Part shown: one piece after another, positions 38,127-48,879 of the stretch
How positions within the stretch are numbered: position 1 is the stretch's first letter
How the letters are laid out: every line of letters starts with the position of its first letter
Assembly: GCA_963772835.1 (NCBI GenBank)
Contig: CAVYYZ010000011.1
Coordinates: forward strand, 352,001 to 416,000
Direction of reading: 5' to 3'
Length of the DNA: 64,000 nucleotides
Origin: an uncultured delta proteobacterium
GTDB lineage: Bacteria > Desulfobacterota > Desulfuromonadia > Geobacterales > Pseudopelobacteraceae
The notes under the pieces: model-generated
The model's input: the letters and a program-made list of their open reading frames with translations, nothing else
Databases searched by the model: none
What the model was told of the DNA's origin: nothing
Position numbers and translations under genes: made by a program

Positions 38127-39740
38127 ATGGGTTCTGAACGAAGGCTCAGGCTCTTTATCTACGCCAGAATTATATTTTCTTTTCTTTTTCTGGTCGTAAC
38201 ACTGCTTCTTGAATATCAGGATTTATCTCCTGAAATCGAACGCTTTCAGCCCGGTGTCATCTGGTTGATGGCGTTTTCTTTTGTATTCTCAGTAGTTTCG
38301 CTGCTTGCGCTTCAAAAACTGAAGTTTACTCAGTTCCTTACCAATCTCCAGGTTATCTGGGATTTTTCCTTTGTCACAGTCCTCATACTGCTAACCGGAG
38401 GAGTCCTCAGCCCGTACTCACTGTTATATCTTCTGTCGATCATGATTGCCGGCATGCTCCTCGGGCGCCGCCAGGCTCTTTATACCGCATCGTTATGCGG
38501 TATTCTGTACGGTGCGATTCTTGATTTTCAGTATTTCGGGTATCTTTCGTTTTTTGGTTTGAGCCAGGCAGATGCCCACCAGATCGGCTCATTACGGCTC
38601 TTTTACACGATATCATTAAACTTGATCGCGTTCGGGTTGACATCATTTATTACCGGGATATTAGCTGAGCGTGCTCGATTAAGCGAAGAGGCTCTGCAGC
38701 GCTCTTCGATCGATTATTTTGAGTTGAATCAGCTCAACGCCGCAATTGTTGCCCATAGTGAAAGCGGTCTTCTGACAACAACAATATCCGGTCGTATCCG
38801 GGTATGTAATCCGTATGCCGAAACAATTATCGGTCTCAGCCAATCCGATGCCTATGATCAACAGATTGACGTCATATTCCCTCATTTGTCAGGACTCACA
38901 AATCCACATGGAGGCACAGCTCAGAGAGAATTTGAATATCAGTCTCCAGACGGGACTGTCATGACACTGGGGTACCGCATATCACCATTTAACGACAGCA
39001 GGGGAAAGCTGTCCGGTTATATAGTAAACTTCAGGGATATTACTAAAATCCGTCAAATGGAAGCGGCACTGAAAAGAGCTGATCGACTTGCGGCGTTGGG
39101 CGAGCTCTCTGCCCGCATGGCACATGAGATCAGAAATCCGCTTGCTGCGCTGTGCGGGTCGGTTCAACTGCTGACCGGTGCTGCAGATATTACGAAAGCT
39201 GATGCAAGACTTCTGACAATTGTAACCCGCGAAGCCGAACGACTCGATGCGTTGATATCAGAATTTTTAATGTATGCACGTCCTGCCACGCCTCATCTTG
39301 AACGTGTTACATTGCATACATATATTGATGAGGAGATTCTTTTCCTCGCACATGACCCTCGTTTTGCAAACATAACATTACTAAATGTGGTGCCGAAGTC
39401 GGCAGAGGTTGAGATTGACCCGAGCCAGCTACATCAGGTCATCATCAATCTGATGCAAAATGCTGCAGAAGCTATGTCTGCAGGTGGAAATATTCTGATA
39501 GAATTCAGTACAGCCGCGTCAACTGTGTGCATCAGCATCACCGATAGCGGTACAGGGATTGCGGAAGAGGATACCAAGCATCTGTTCGAACCGTTCTGGA
39601 CGACAAAGCCTGCCGGGACCGGACTTGGTTTAGCAATCAGCTATCGCATTATTGAAGCACACGGCGGGAATCTATCCGTTGAATCTCCTCATGATGGAGG
39701 ATGCAGGTTCGTTATCACTCTGCCGGCACTGCAGTCATAA
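38127..39740 (+). CDS. pilS: Sensor histidine kinase PilS
   Basis: About six N-terminal TM helices (TGGVLSPYSLLY), PAS domain, AHEIRNPL and GTGLGL, directly after pilC. Confidence 0.85.
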   Translation: MGSERRLRLFIYARIIFSFLFLVVTLLLEYQDLSPEIERFQPGVIWLMAFSFVFSVVSLLALQKLKFTQFLTNLQVIWDFSFVTVLILLTGGVLSPYSLLYLLSIMIAGMLLGRRQALYTASLCGILYGAILDFQYFGYLSFFGLSQADAHQIGSLRLFYTISLNLIAFGLTSFITGILAERARLSEEALQRSSIDYFELNQLNAAIVAHSESGLLTTTISGRIRVCNPYAETIIGLSQSDAYDQQIDVIFPHLSGLTNPHGGTAQREFEYQSPDGTVMTLGYRISPFNDSRGKLSGYIVNFRDITKIRQMEAALKRADRLAALGELSARMAHEIRNPLAALCGSVQLLTGAADITKADARLLTIVTREAERLDALISEFLMYARPATPHLERVTLHTYIDEEILFLAHDPRFANITLLNVVPKSAEVEIDPSQLHQVIINLMQNAAEAMSAGGNILIEFSTAASTVCISITDSGTGIAEEDTKHLFEPFWTTKPAGTGLGLAISYRIIEAHGGNLSVESPHDGGCRFVITLPALQS

Positions 39741-39791
39741 AACTGTTTAATCGCGGAGATTCACGGATAAACAGCAGGTTACAGGATCTAT

Positions 39792-40958
39792 ATGACTATC
39801 CCGATCTCTTACAGTTTTCGCAACCTGACCACGCGCAAATTGACAACGGTTTTAACCGCTTCCGGAATGGCTCTGGTAGTATTCGTATTTGCATCGATCC
39901 TGATGCTTTCGGCCGGACTGGAAAAAACACTGATTGAAACCGGATCGGAAGACAATGTCATAATTACGCGCAAATCTGCCAACACCGAGATGCAAAGCGG
40001 CGTTGAGCGGATCCAGGCGTCAATTATTGAAAGTCTTCCGGAAATCGCTACCGGCAGTCACGGGGAGGCACTGCTTGCCAAGGAACTGGTGGTGTTGATC
40101 AGCCTTTCGAAAAGAGGGAGTGACAAACCGGCCAATGTTGTTATCCGTGGTATTCAGGCGGCTTCACTGCAACTGAGGCCACAGGTGGTACTACGTGACG
40201 GGAGGATGCCAAAGGCCGGATCATCTGAAATTATTGCGGGCAGCAGTATAGCTGCACGCTTCAAAGGCGGGGGGATAGGGGAAACGCTTCGCTTCGGTAT
40301 GCGTGACTGGACAGTGGTCGGAATTTTTGATGCCGGTGCGACCGGGTTCAGTTCTGAAATATGGGGTGATGTAGTCCAGTTAATGCAGGCGTTTCGTCGT
40401 CCCGCCTTCTCTTCTATAACATTTCGTTTGCGGGACAGTTCCGATTTTACAACTGTCAAGGCTGCACTTGACGCAGATCCGCGTCTGACAGTTGATGTGC
40501 GACGGGAAGTCACCTATTACCGCGATCAGTCAGAAGTAATGGCCAAATTTCTTCGCATTCTCGGCCTTTCACTGACAATTATCTTTTCTATCGGTGCGAT
40601 CATCGGAGCCATGATAACCATGTACGCTGCCGTGGCAAACAGGGTCGGGGAGATTGGTACACTTCGCGCGCTTGGTTTTCAGAGTTCAAGCGTGCTGTCG
40701 GCATTTCTGCTTGAAGCCGTTTTTCTGGGTTTGATCGGCGGCGTCACCGGCCTTATCTTCGCTTCTTTTATGCAATTGATAACCATTTCCACTATGAACT
40801 GGCAGACCTTTTCAGAGCTGGCATTCTCCTTTACACTGACACTTGAAATTGCCTTGAAATCACTTCTTTTCTCAGTTGCAATGGGGTTTATCGGTGGTGT
40901 CATACCGGCCATCAGGGCCAGCAGACTCAAGATTGTCGACGCGCTCAGGGAACATTAA
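39792..40958 (+). CDS. ABC transporter permease (FtsX/MacB family)
   Basis: YSFRNL..RKLTT, a periplasmic domain, EIGTLRALGF and PAIRASRL. Confidence 0.88.
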   Translation: MTIPISYSFRNLTTRKLTTVLTASGMALVVFVFASILMLSAGLEKTLIETGSEDNVIITRKSANTEMQSGVERIQASIIESLPEIATGSHGEALLAKELVVLISLSKRGSDKPANVVIRGIQAASLQLRPQVVLRDGRMPKAGSSEIIAGSSIAARFKGGGIGETLRFGMRDWTVVGIFDAGATGFSSEIWGDVVQLMQAFRRPAFSSITFRLRDSSDFTTVKAALDADPRLTVDVRREVTYYRDQSEVMAKFLRILGLSLTIIFSIGAIIGAMITMYAAVANRVGEIGTLRALGFQSSSVLSAFLLEAVFLGLIGGVTGLIFASFMQLITISTMNWQTFSELAFSFTLTLEIALKSLLFSVAMGFIGGVIPAIRASRLKIVDALREH

Positions 40959-40986
40959 TACAATTTTCTGGAGGTCAGAATCAAGT

Positions 40987-41733
40987 ATGCTCCGTGAAAT
41001 GATGCTGAATAAAAAGCTTATGTTGATGGCACTTATTTCTGTTTCGGTTGTTCTCTACGGGTTTGATTATGTATTGCTCGGCAGCGCGAAAGAATTAACC
41101 ATCTGGTTTTTGGGTAATCTCGCATTTTTGCCTGTGTATATAATCATAGTTATATTGATGATTGAGCGGATATTGAAAGAGAGAGAACGTCAGGCTGTTA
41201 TGCGCAAACTGAATATGGTTATCGGGGTTTTTTTCAGTGAAGTTGGAAACCGCCTTCTCAAGGAGTTGTCGGTATATGTTGTCTCTTGTGAAGAGCTGAA
41301 AGGGCATTTACTGATTAACGGAACGTGGAAAGAGAATGATTTTTTCAATGCCTTAGAATATTTACATAAAAGCGATATAAAAATTGATTCAAGCCGCTGT
41401 GAAAAACGTACCCTGAAGGGTTTTCTGGTTGAAAAACGGGGTTTTCTGGTCAGTCTGCTTGAAAACCAGAACCTCCTGGAGCATGAAGAATTTACTGACC
41501 TGCTCTGGTCGGTTTTTCATCTGGTAGAGGAACTTGAAGCGAGAGATTCGTTCGTAAATATGCCGCAAAGTGATGTAGATCATATAAACGGAGATATCAA
41601 ACGGGTGTACGGGCATCTCTCTCACGAATGGGTCATGTATATGCAGCATTTAAAACATGACTACCCGTATCTCTTTTCACTGGCTGTCCGGCTTAACCCG
41701 ATGATCGAATCACCCGATCCCGCTGTGTACTAA
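40987..41733 (+). CDS. Conserved hypothetical membrane protein
   Basis: Two N-terminal TM helices, KLNMVIGVFFSEVG, LLEHEEFTDLLW and YPYLFSLAVRLNP. GGAGG SD. Confidence 0.75.
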   Translation: MLREMMLNKKLMLMALISVSVVLYGFDYVLLGSAKELTIWFLGNLAFLPVYIIIVILMIERILKERERQAVMRKLNMVIGVFFSEVGNRLLKELSVYVVSCEELKGHLLINGTWKENDFFNALEYLHKSDIKIDSSRCEKRTLKGFLVEKRGFLVSLLENQNLLEHEEFTDLLWSVFHLVEELEARDSFVNMPQSDVDHINGDIKRVYGHLSHEWVMYMQHLKHDYPYLFSLAVRLNPMIESPDPAVY

Positions 41734-41775
41734 GGACAATGACTACCTGTTTTAGTGGTGACAGGAAACCGATTA

Positions 41776-42682
41776 CTAAAAAGTGTACTGAACCGTTATG
41801 CCGTTGAAGCCGGAGCGGATATCAGGCGATATCTGTATGTTCATTTTATTCGGAGTGGTATTTCTGTGAAAGCTGACTACAGACTTTCCGATAAAGTACC
41901 CGAGAGCAGCACCAAAAAAAACGTCTGACGTCCAATGCTTGTTATCATAGATGCGTGACAGACCGGCAAGAGTTGCCAGTCCATAGGCGAAAGCCGGCAC
42001 ATAGTGAGAATCCTTGTACTGTTCAGCAAACACAGTTGCAATTGAGAAGGCTGTAACGGTATGTCCTGAACAGAATGAAACGTTTTTCAGATTGAAGTTC
42101 GGTCCCTCCCACCGGTAGGGCGAGGCACCGCTGTTCGGCCTGTCCCGCTGGGTAGTCGCCTTTATCACTTCGGTGAATACCGCGCTGATGGCAAGACTCT
42201 CCACAGCCAGCAGGGAGGTCGTACGGGCTTTACTGTCATCATGGAGATGCCCGTACAGATAAAAAGCTCCGAGAGAGGGAAGAGTGTAGATTGGACTTCC
42301 CAATATCTGTCCCGCTGAAGCAAGTGTATCTCCAGTGGGACTCTGGTTTCGCTGAGAAAAATCTCTTATACCGGCATCGGCAAGAAAGAGACCGCCGGTA
42401 ACGGCGACCACCCCCCCCGGCAATCAGCCAGTCACCCGAATCGGCTCGCAAGGGCGCGGTCAGTAGTTTTCCTGTATCGGTTATATATCCCGAAACATAA
42501 TCCGCAGAAATACGATCAGGTATTACCGCTGCAGTTTTCTCTGCTGAGGATAATTCATCACTGCGCAAGATCGACAGCTGCCCCGGTACCGGCGGCAGGT
42601 ATATATCCTCCGCATGGACCGTGTTATATAAGAAACACACGCTGAATAAGGACAGAACAACGGTACGAAACAACACGCCCAT
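41776..42682 (-). pseudogene. PAP2-family phosphatase split by a one-base frameshift in a G8 tract
   Basis: The 5' ORF (signal peptide) and 3' ORF (K..TQRDRP, SFCSGH, SRIYDNKHWTSD) join if one G is removed at 42411-42418 (906 nt, 301 aa). Confidence 0.75.
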
Positions 42683-42884
42683 CGACTGCGGATGTATTGT
42701 GCTGCGAAATAGGTACGTAACGCCTCCTCCGGTCTGTTCAGTTAAGCCTGACCAGTAAATCAGGCTACACGGTCGGCGTTTAAACGGATGTGATGTGCGT
42801 CACGGAAAGATCGATACTGTGACGTACAGCAGTCGTTGTGATCAGGCACACTTAAATGGAGAGAATTGTGAACCGGTGCGACTG

Positions 42885-42926
42885 AAAAAGAAACGGCCTC
42901 CGGTTTAACACATCTCCGGAGGCCGT
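42885..42926 (-). terminator. Terminator after htpG
   Basis: ACGGCCTCCGG/CCGGAGGCCGT stem followed by TTCTTTTT on the minus strand. Confidence 0.75.
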
Positions 42927-42954
42927 GCATACGTAATATATTTTCCCGTCTTAG

Positions 42955-44889
42955 TTAGCGGGCAGCTTTGACCATCAGATCACTTACAAGTTTTGTAAAA
43001 CGGAGAGGATCTTTAATTGCGGATCCTTCCGTCAGAAGCGCCTGATCGTAGAGCAGATCAGCGTAATCGGTGAGAGCCGGCGCAGCCGCATCATTCTGAT
43101 GAATAGATGCCATGGCCTTCAGAATGGCATGATCAGGGTTCAGCTCAAGAATACGTTTCGATTCCGGAACAGTCTGGTTCATAGCCTTCATGATTCGTTC
43201 CATGTTGGCGTTCATGCCGTATTCGTCAGCAACGAGACAACAAGCGCTGTCGGTTAGACGGTTTGAAAAACGAACCTCCTTGACCTTGTCTTTCAGACGA
43301 TCGGTAATCAGAGAAATCAGATCACTGAATTCCTTCTGTGCTTCTTCGCGTTTCTTTTCCTTTTCCTTCTTCTCCTCTTCGCTGTCCAGGCTGATATCGC
43401 CGCGGTCAACCGCTTTAAGCGCTTTTTCATTGTATTCGGTCAGCGATTGAACAACCCACTCATCGACCGGATCAGTCAGGAAGAGGACCTCGTACCCTTT
43501 GGCCCGGAAAACTTCCAGATGAGGGGACTGTTCCAGGGTCTCGCGGCTTGAACCGGTGATATAATAAATATCTTTTTGCCCTTCCGGCATTCTGCTGGCA
43601 TACTCTTTCAGCGAAACAAAGGATCCGGTATCGGTAGCGGTGCTTTCAAACAGGATAAGTTCCTGCAACTTTTCCTTGTTCGCATAATCAAAGTGCAACC
43701 CTTCTTTAATGACCTGACCGAACTCCTTCCAGAAGGTAATGTATTCATCGAAGTTCTGATCCTTAACCTCTGAAAGTGTCGAAAGAATTTTTCCGACCAG
43801 ACTTTTTTGAATCCGTTTGATCTGAACATCCTCCTGGAGGATTTCGCGGGACACATTCAGCGGGAGATCAGATGAATCAACAACACCTTTGACAAAACGG
43901 AGGTAGTCAGGAATCAGCTCTTCGCATTTATCGCTGATGAAAACGCGTCGAACGTACAGTTGAAGACCCTTTTTGCGGTCATTCATGAACATGTCGAACG
44001 GCTTCTTGGCCGGTAGGTAGAGCAGGGCTTTAAATTCACTTACGCCTTCTGCTGAAAAATGAATGGTGCGAAACGGCGCGTCGTAATCATGGGAGACATG
44101 CTTGTAGAACTCAGTATATTCATCTTCGGTGACATCGCTTTTTGCACGTGTCCAGATCGCTTTCATCGAATTAAGAGTCTGCTCTTCGGTCGTATCGATG
44201 GTGCCGGCACCCTCGATTTCCTCCCCATTTACCCCTTTCGGGGTTTCACTGCGGGTGATATCCATGACCACCGGATACTGGATGTAATCGGAATACTTTT
44301 TGACGATCGAACGGATCTTCCATTCGTCAAGGTACTGTTTGAACTCTTCTTTAAGGTGAAGGGTGATTTCGGTGCCACGCAATTCGCGTGTGCATTCCTC
44401 TACCGTATAACTCCCGTCTCCGGCTGATTCCCAGCGGCATCCGTCAGCAGCAGCCCCACCTTTGCGGGTTTCCAGCGTTACCCGGTCTGCAACCATAAAT
44501 GAGGCATAGAATCCGACGCCGAACTGACCGATCATCTCAGGATTGTTGCTGGCGGCCTTTTCCTTAAGAGACTGCATGAACGCTTTAGTACCGGAGCGGG
44601 CGATGGTGCCGATATTCTCTTCAACCTCAGCCATATTCATGCCGATGCCGTTGTCGCGAATAACCAGAGTACCTGCTTCTTTGTCTGGAATCAGTTTGAT
44701 TTTCCAGTCACTGTTCCCTTCAAGGAGGGTTTCGTCGGAATGTGATTCAAAGCGGATTTTGTCGATGGCATCGGATGCGTTGGAAATCAGCTCACGCAGG
44801 AATATGTCTTTGTTGGAATAAAGTGAGTGGATAACCAGATCAAGTAGTTGCTGCACTTCGGTCTGGAACTGTTTGGTGGTTTTAGCCAT
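42955..44889 (-). CDS. htpG: Chaperone HtpG (Hsp90)
   Basis: [30 protein letters not shown] and LPLNVSRE motifs. GAAGGAG SD before the ATG at 44889. Confidence 0.97.
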   Translation of the reverse strand: MAKTTKQFQTEVQQLLDLVIHSLYSNKDIFLRELISNASDAIDKIRFESHSDETLLEGNSDWKIKLIPDKEAGTLVIRDNGIGMNMAEVEENIGTIARSGTKAFMQSLKEKAASNNPEMIGQFGVGFYASFMVADRVTLETRKGGAAADGCRWESAGDGSYTVEECTRELRGTEITLHLKEEFKQYLDEWKIRSIVKKYSDYIQYPVVMDITRSETPKGVNGEEIEGAGTIDTTEEQTLNSMKAIWTRAKSDVTEDEYTEFYKHVSHDYDAPFRTIHFSAEGVSEFKALLYLPAKKPFDMFMNDRKKGLQLYVRRVFISDKCEELIPDYLRFVKGVVDSSDLPLNVSREILQEDVQIKRIQKSLVGKILSTLSEVKDQNFDEYITFWKEFGQVIKEGLHFDYANKEKLQELILFESTATDTGSFVSLKEYASRMPEGQKDIYYITGSSRETLEQSPHLEVFRAKGYEVLFLTDPVDEWVVQSLTEYNEKALKAVDRGDISLDSEEEKKEKEKKREEAQKEFSDLISLITDRLKDKVKEVRFSNRLTDSACCLVADEYGMNANMERIMKAMNQTVPESKRILELNPDHAILKAMASIHQNDAAAPALTDYADLLYDQALLTEGSAIKDPLRFTKLVSDLMVKAAR

Positions 44890-44931
44890 AGCTTCTGCGT
44901 CTCCTTCGGTGTGATGAAATATGATAGGTCC

Positions 44932-44960
44932 AACATAATCACAATGCATCAGGTTTTCAA
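44932..44960 (-). promoter_or_regulatory. Putative htpG promoter
   Basis: (CC)TTGAAA-17 nt-TATGTT on the minus strand. The sigma factor (70 or RpoH) cannot be decided from sequence. Confidence 0.4.
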
Positions 44961-45235
44961 GGGGAAGCGCCGTAAAAAAAACCGGATTTACAATATTTAG
45001 ACATTGCGAAGGGAAACGGCCCCATCATAGGGAAGCACCGTATACCGAGGGTGCTGAGTTTGACATAACGTGCTCAATTACTCACATTCCCCGGTCCTGG
45101 AACAGATGTATCTTTTCAAGAACGTCCGGCCCCGGGATAGAAGACATTAACGGATGCCTGCTAAACAGATAATTGATTATCAAATCAGTTATGCTATAGT
45201 CCCGAACAATACCTGTCCGGAGGAGTAATACATAT

Positions 45236-46468
45236 ATGATAGATAAAAATGCGAGTGATGAAGACATCAGTATGGAAGAAGCGGAATCTGAAGACGGCAG
45301 TTTTGCCGAACTCTTTAAGCAAAGCGATGAAAAGGGCAGAAGCTGGCTGGAGCCTGGTCAAAAGCTGACAGGAAAAGTTCTTAAGATCGGCAATGAATGG
45401 ATATTCATGGATACCGGCCAGAAAGGGGAGGGGGTCATTGAAAGGAAGGAGTTCCTGGATATAGACGGCAACCTCACTGTTGCGGAAGGTGACACCATAT
45501 CTGCATATTTCCTTTCTTCAAGCCACGGGGAGATGCGCTTCACGACCAGAATCGGCGGTGGTGCCTCTGGGGGCGGCAGTACCCAGCTTGAGCAGGCCTG
45601 GCAGGCGGGCGTACCGGTGGAAGGGGTCGTGGAAAAAGAAATCAAGGGCGGGTATGAAATTAAACTGGGTGTGTCCCGAGCCTTTTGCCCGTATTCGCAG
45701 ATTGCACTCCGGCGCGTTGAAAATCCGGAAACGCTGATCGGCACACGACTGACGTTTCAGATCAGCGAATATGCTGAAAACGGTCGCAACATCATCGTAT
45801 CACGGCGCGCTCTTCTCGAGGTTGAACAGCGTCGGTTAAAAGAGGAGGCGCAGGCGGGCATCAGTGAAGGGATGACAGTGGCCGGGACGGTGACATCACT
45901 CCAGGATTATGGTGCTTTTGTCGACATCGGTGGGTTGGAAGGGCTGATTCCGGTCTCTGAGATCGCCTGGAGCCGTGTTAAAGATGTTCGCGATGTACTG
46001 AGCGTCGGGCAGCAATTGAATGTAGTCATAAAATCAATCGACAGAGAAAAGGAGCGGATTTCCTTAAGCATCAAGGATACACTTGCCGATCCATGGGAAA
46101 AGGTGTCTGACAGATTCCCGGAAGGTTCATTTCATGCCGGCACGGTTGCCCGTCTGGACACCTTTGGAGCATTTGTTACCTTATGTGACGGCATAGACGG
46201 CCTGCTTCATATATCGAAACTCGGTGGCGGAAAGCGCATCAACCACCCACGGGAAATTATCAGGGAAGGAGAACAGATCGAAGTCAAAATTGAGAGCATC
46301 GATCGCACAAACCGTCGCATCTCGCTCGCTCTGGCCGGCCCGGCCCGTGCCGCTGCTGAGGAAGCGGCCACAATGGATGAATTTCGCCGACAGGCGGATG
46401 ATGCTCCCGGGGGGATGGGCACACTGGCTGATATGATGCGTTCCAGGCCCCAGAGGGGTAAAAAATAG
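45236..46468 (+). CDS. Ribosomal protein S1-like protein (four S1 domains, short paralogue)
   Basis: SFAELF N-terminus, repeated YGAFVDIGGLEGLI / FGAFVTL..IDGLLHIS, and a C-terminal GTLAD. Confidence 0.85.
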   Translation: MIDKNASDEDISMEEAESEDGSFAELFKQSDEKGRSWLEPGQKLTGKVLKIGNEWIFMDTGQKGEGVIERKEFLDIDGNLTVAEGDTISAYFLSSSHGEMRFTTRIGGGASGGGSTQLEQAWQAGVPVEGVVEKEIKGGYEIKLGVSRAFCPYSQIALRRVENPETLIGTRLTFQISEYAENGRNIIVSRRALLEVEQRRLKEEAQAGISEGMTVAGTVTSLQDYGAFVDIGGLEGLIPVSEIAWSRVKDVRDVLSVGQQLNVVIKSIDREKERISLSIKDTLADPWEKVSDRFPEGSFHAGTVARLDTFGAFVTLCDGIDGLLHISKLGGGKRINHPREIIREGEQIEVKIESIDRTNRRISLALAGPARAAAEEAATMDEFRRQADDAPGGMGTLADMMRSRPQRGKK

Positions 46469-46471
46469 CCG

Positions 46472-46801
46472 ATGGTTGACGTTTCTGCTGAAGATCGTGA
46501 ATGGGACAGTCGCTGCCTGCACTGCGGCCGCTGCTGCTTTGAAAAAATTGAAGATGAACGGGGTAATATCTTCTACACACTCTCCTCGTGCCGATTTCTT
46601 GACGTGGTCAGTCGGGAGTGCAAGATTTTTGAACGCCGGTTTGAGATCAATCCCGGTTGTATAAAATTGACGCCGGAATTAGTTAAGACGTTGCGATGGC
46701 TCCCCCGCGATTGCGGGTATCGTAAGAAAACCGTTGAACCGGACGGCGTTGTCAAGAAAAGAAGGAAAAACCCTGGGAAACAGGATCGGGAAAAGACGTG
46801 A
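46472..46801 (+). CDS. YkgJ/YcgN-family cysteine cluster protein
   Basis: CLHCGRCC, CRFLD...CKIFERR and WLPRDCGY motifs. Confidence 0.85.
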   Translation: MVDVSAEDREWDSRCLHCGRCCFEKIEDERGNIFYTLSSCRFLDVVSRECKIFERRFEINPGCIKLTPELVKTLRWLPRDCGYRKKTVEPDGVVKKRRKNPGKQDREKT

Positions 46802-46859
46802 TGCCTTGTTCGGCTTTTCCCGATGTTTTCGGCCTATTGCATGTTTTTTTAAGGGTCGA

Positions 46860-47732
46860 CTACAGCACTAACCCATCTACCAGATCTAATACAACTTCAG
46901 CCCGGTTAAGGGTGTATATGTGTATGCCAGGTACGCCGGCTTCGAGAAGTTCCTGAGCCTGGCGCCGGGCATAGGCAACTCCTACTTTTTGCACCGCAGC
47001 CGCACCCCCTGCCTGATCCGCTTTTTCCAGTTCAGCAAGAAAAAACGCCGGTATGGATGCTCCGCACAACGATACGATTCTTTTTATGACCTTCAGACTG
47101 ACGACCGGCAGGATGCCTGGAATGATCGGTCTGGTGATTCCGGCTTTTCGTGCCCGCGTCACAAATGAGTGATACATGCTGTTGTCAAAGAACAGTTGGG
47201 TGACGGCAAAGTCTGCGCCACTTTCACATTTCAGTTTCAAATAAGAGAGATCAGCGTCACTATTTGAGGACTCGGGGTGTACTTCGGGGTATCCGGCAAC
47301 ACCGATTCCCATGGAGGGGAACTCTGACCGAATCAGGCTCACCAGATCGGATGCGTATTGAAGAGGAGAGGGGAGAGGGGTCTCGACCGTTCCATCCTGC
47401 GGCAGATCGCCGCGCAAGGCCAGAACATTATCGACACCAGCGTCAGCAAGAGCGCTCAAAAACCGGGTAACTTCGGCGGTGTTTGAGCCGAGACAGGTCA
47501 GATGAGCCATTGTTTCAAGACCGAATTCCTGTTGGATCCGGGTGACTATTTCAAGCGAATCGACATTAGTGCTGCCGCCTGCGCCGTACGTTACCGAAGC
47601 AAAAAGCGGCTTCAGAACTTCAAGCCGCTGGACCGTCTTAAAAAAAGCGGGCCAGTCTTCACGTGTTTTTGGCGGAAAGTATTCAAGTGAGATAAATTGT
47701 GAATCCGGTTTGATGGCATCGATGATTTTCAT
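46860..47732 (-). CDS. metF: 5,10-methylenetetrahydrofolate reductase
   Basis: SLEYFPPK, VTYGAGG, AHLTC, LALRGD, GYPEVHP, TQLFFD and HIYTLN motifs. Confidence 0.95.
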   Translation of the reverse strand: MKIIDAIKPDSQFISLEYFPPKTREDWPAFFKTVQRLEVLKPLFASVTYGAGGSTNVDSLEIVTRIQQEFGLETMAHLTCLGSNTAEVTRFLSALADAGVDNVLALRGDLPQDGTVETPLPSPLQYASDLVSLIRSEFPSMGIGVAGYPEVHPESSNSDADLSYLKLKCESGADFAVTQLFFDNSMYHSFVTRARKAGITRPIIPGILPVVSLKVIKRIVSLCGASIPAFFLAELEKADQAGGAAAVQKVGVAYARRQAQELLEAGVPGIHIYTLNRAEVVLDLVDGLVL

Positions 47733-47961
47733 GATTCTCCGGTAATATTCTGGTACTCGAATTACAAGACTGTTTCTTTTATATAAAAAACAAAACAAAT
47801 AGCAATAGAAGATTTTATTCCGGGATTTTTGATTTGACAGTGTACAACCTGATAACGTATACAGGTGGCCCGCATTTTACTGTTTTTTCCCAGCTAGTTA
47901 GCTGTCTGTGACATGCATTGAGTGCCACCCTTATAATCCACCAAAAGAGAGAAACGGAACC

Positions 47962-48858
47962 ATGTTTAATTTGAAACCTGAAGTAGTCGCCCAGCTCGAA
48001 CGCGTGCTCGGCTCTGTAGAAATGCTGCTCCCCAAAGCAATTGCCCCGATAGACTGGCAACACTGCCCTGCAGCAAACTGGCGTAGACACTCATTTTCCG
48101 GATATCTTGAACCGGTAAGGGTGACTGATACGACCATGTTGAAGGAACTGCTCGGTGTGGAAGAACAAAAAGAAATCATGGTTAACAACACCCGGCAGTT
48201 TCTGGCCGGACTTCCGGCCAATAACGCCCTGTTGTGGGGGTCACGTGGTTCAGGAAAATCTTCTCTGGTCAAAGCATTGCTGAACGAATTCGCCCCGCAG
48301 GGGTTGCGTTTTATCCAGGTTGAAAAGGAAGACCTTATATATCTTTCTGAAATATTCACCGCAGTCGAAAACCAGCCATACCGCTTTATTCTGCTTTGTG
48401 ATGACCTGACATTTGAAGTCGGCGAACTGAGTTACAAGATGCTTAAAAGTGCCCTGGACGGATCAGTCTATTCGGCGCCTGAAAATGTCCTTATTTACGT
48501 AACTTCCAATCGACGTCATCTGCTGCCGGAGTATGAATCCGATCATCTGGGGGGCAAGTTTGTCAGAGGTGAACTGCAGCAGAGTGAAGCAATGGAGGAG
48601 AAAGTATCACTCTCTGATCGTTTCGGTATCTGGGTTGCCTTCTATGCGTTCTCCCAGGATCGTTATCTGGATGCAGTACGTCTGAATGTCGAGAAGGAGT
48701 GCAGTTTACGCAAGGTGCAGATTCCCTGGAACAGTGATATAGAGAGAGATGCAATCCAGTGGTCGCATGACAAGAGTAAACGGTGCGGCAGGACCGCCTT
48801 CCAGTTTGCCAGAAACTGGGTCGGCAGGCACCTGCTGCCTTCTCAGGGGCTCAAATGA
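47962..48858 (+). CDS. DUF815 family AAA ATPase
   Basis: PANNALLWGSRGSGKSS, CDDLTF, TSNRRHL and EEKVSLSDRFG motifs. Confidence 0.88.
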   Translation: MFNLKPEVVAQLERVLGSVEMLLPKAIAPIDWQHCPAANWRRHSFSGYLEPVRVTDTTMLKELLGVEEQKEIMVNNTRQFLAGLPANNALLWGSRGSGKSSLVKALLNEFAPQGLRFIQVEKEDLIYLSEIFTAVENQPYRFILLCDDLTFEVGELSYKMLKSALDGSVYSAPENVLIYVTSNRRHLLPEYESDHLGGKFVRGELQQSEAMEEKVSLSDRFGIWVAFYAFSQDRYLDAVRLNVEKECSLRKVQIPWNSDIERDAIQWSHDKSKRCGRTAFQFARNWVGRHLLPSQGLK

Positions 48859-48879
48859 AGCATAAGGGTTGAGAAAAAC

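Noticed and set aside
45032..45057. CIRCE-like AGCACC...GGTGCT upstream of htpG
   Set aside because: The spacing is one base short and there are several mismatches to TTAGCACTC-N9-GAGTGCTAA.
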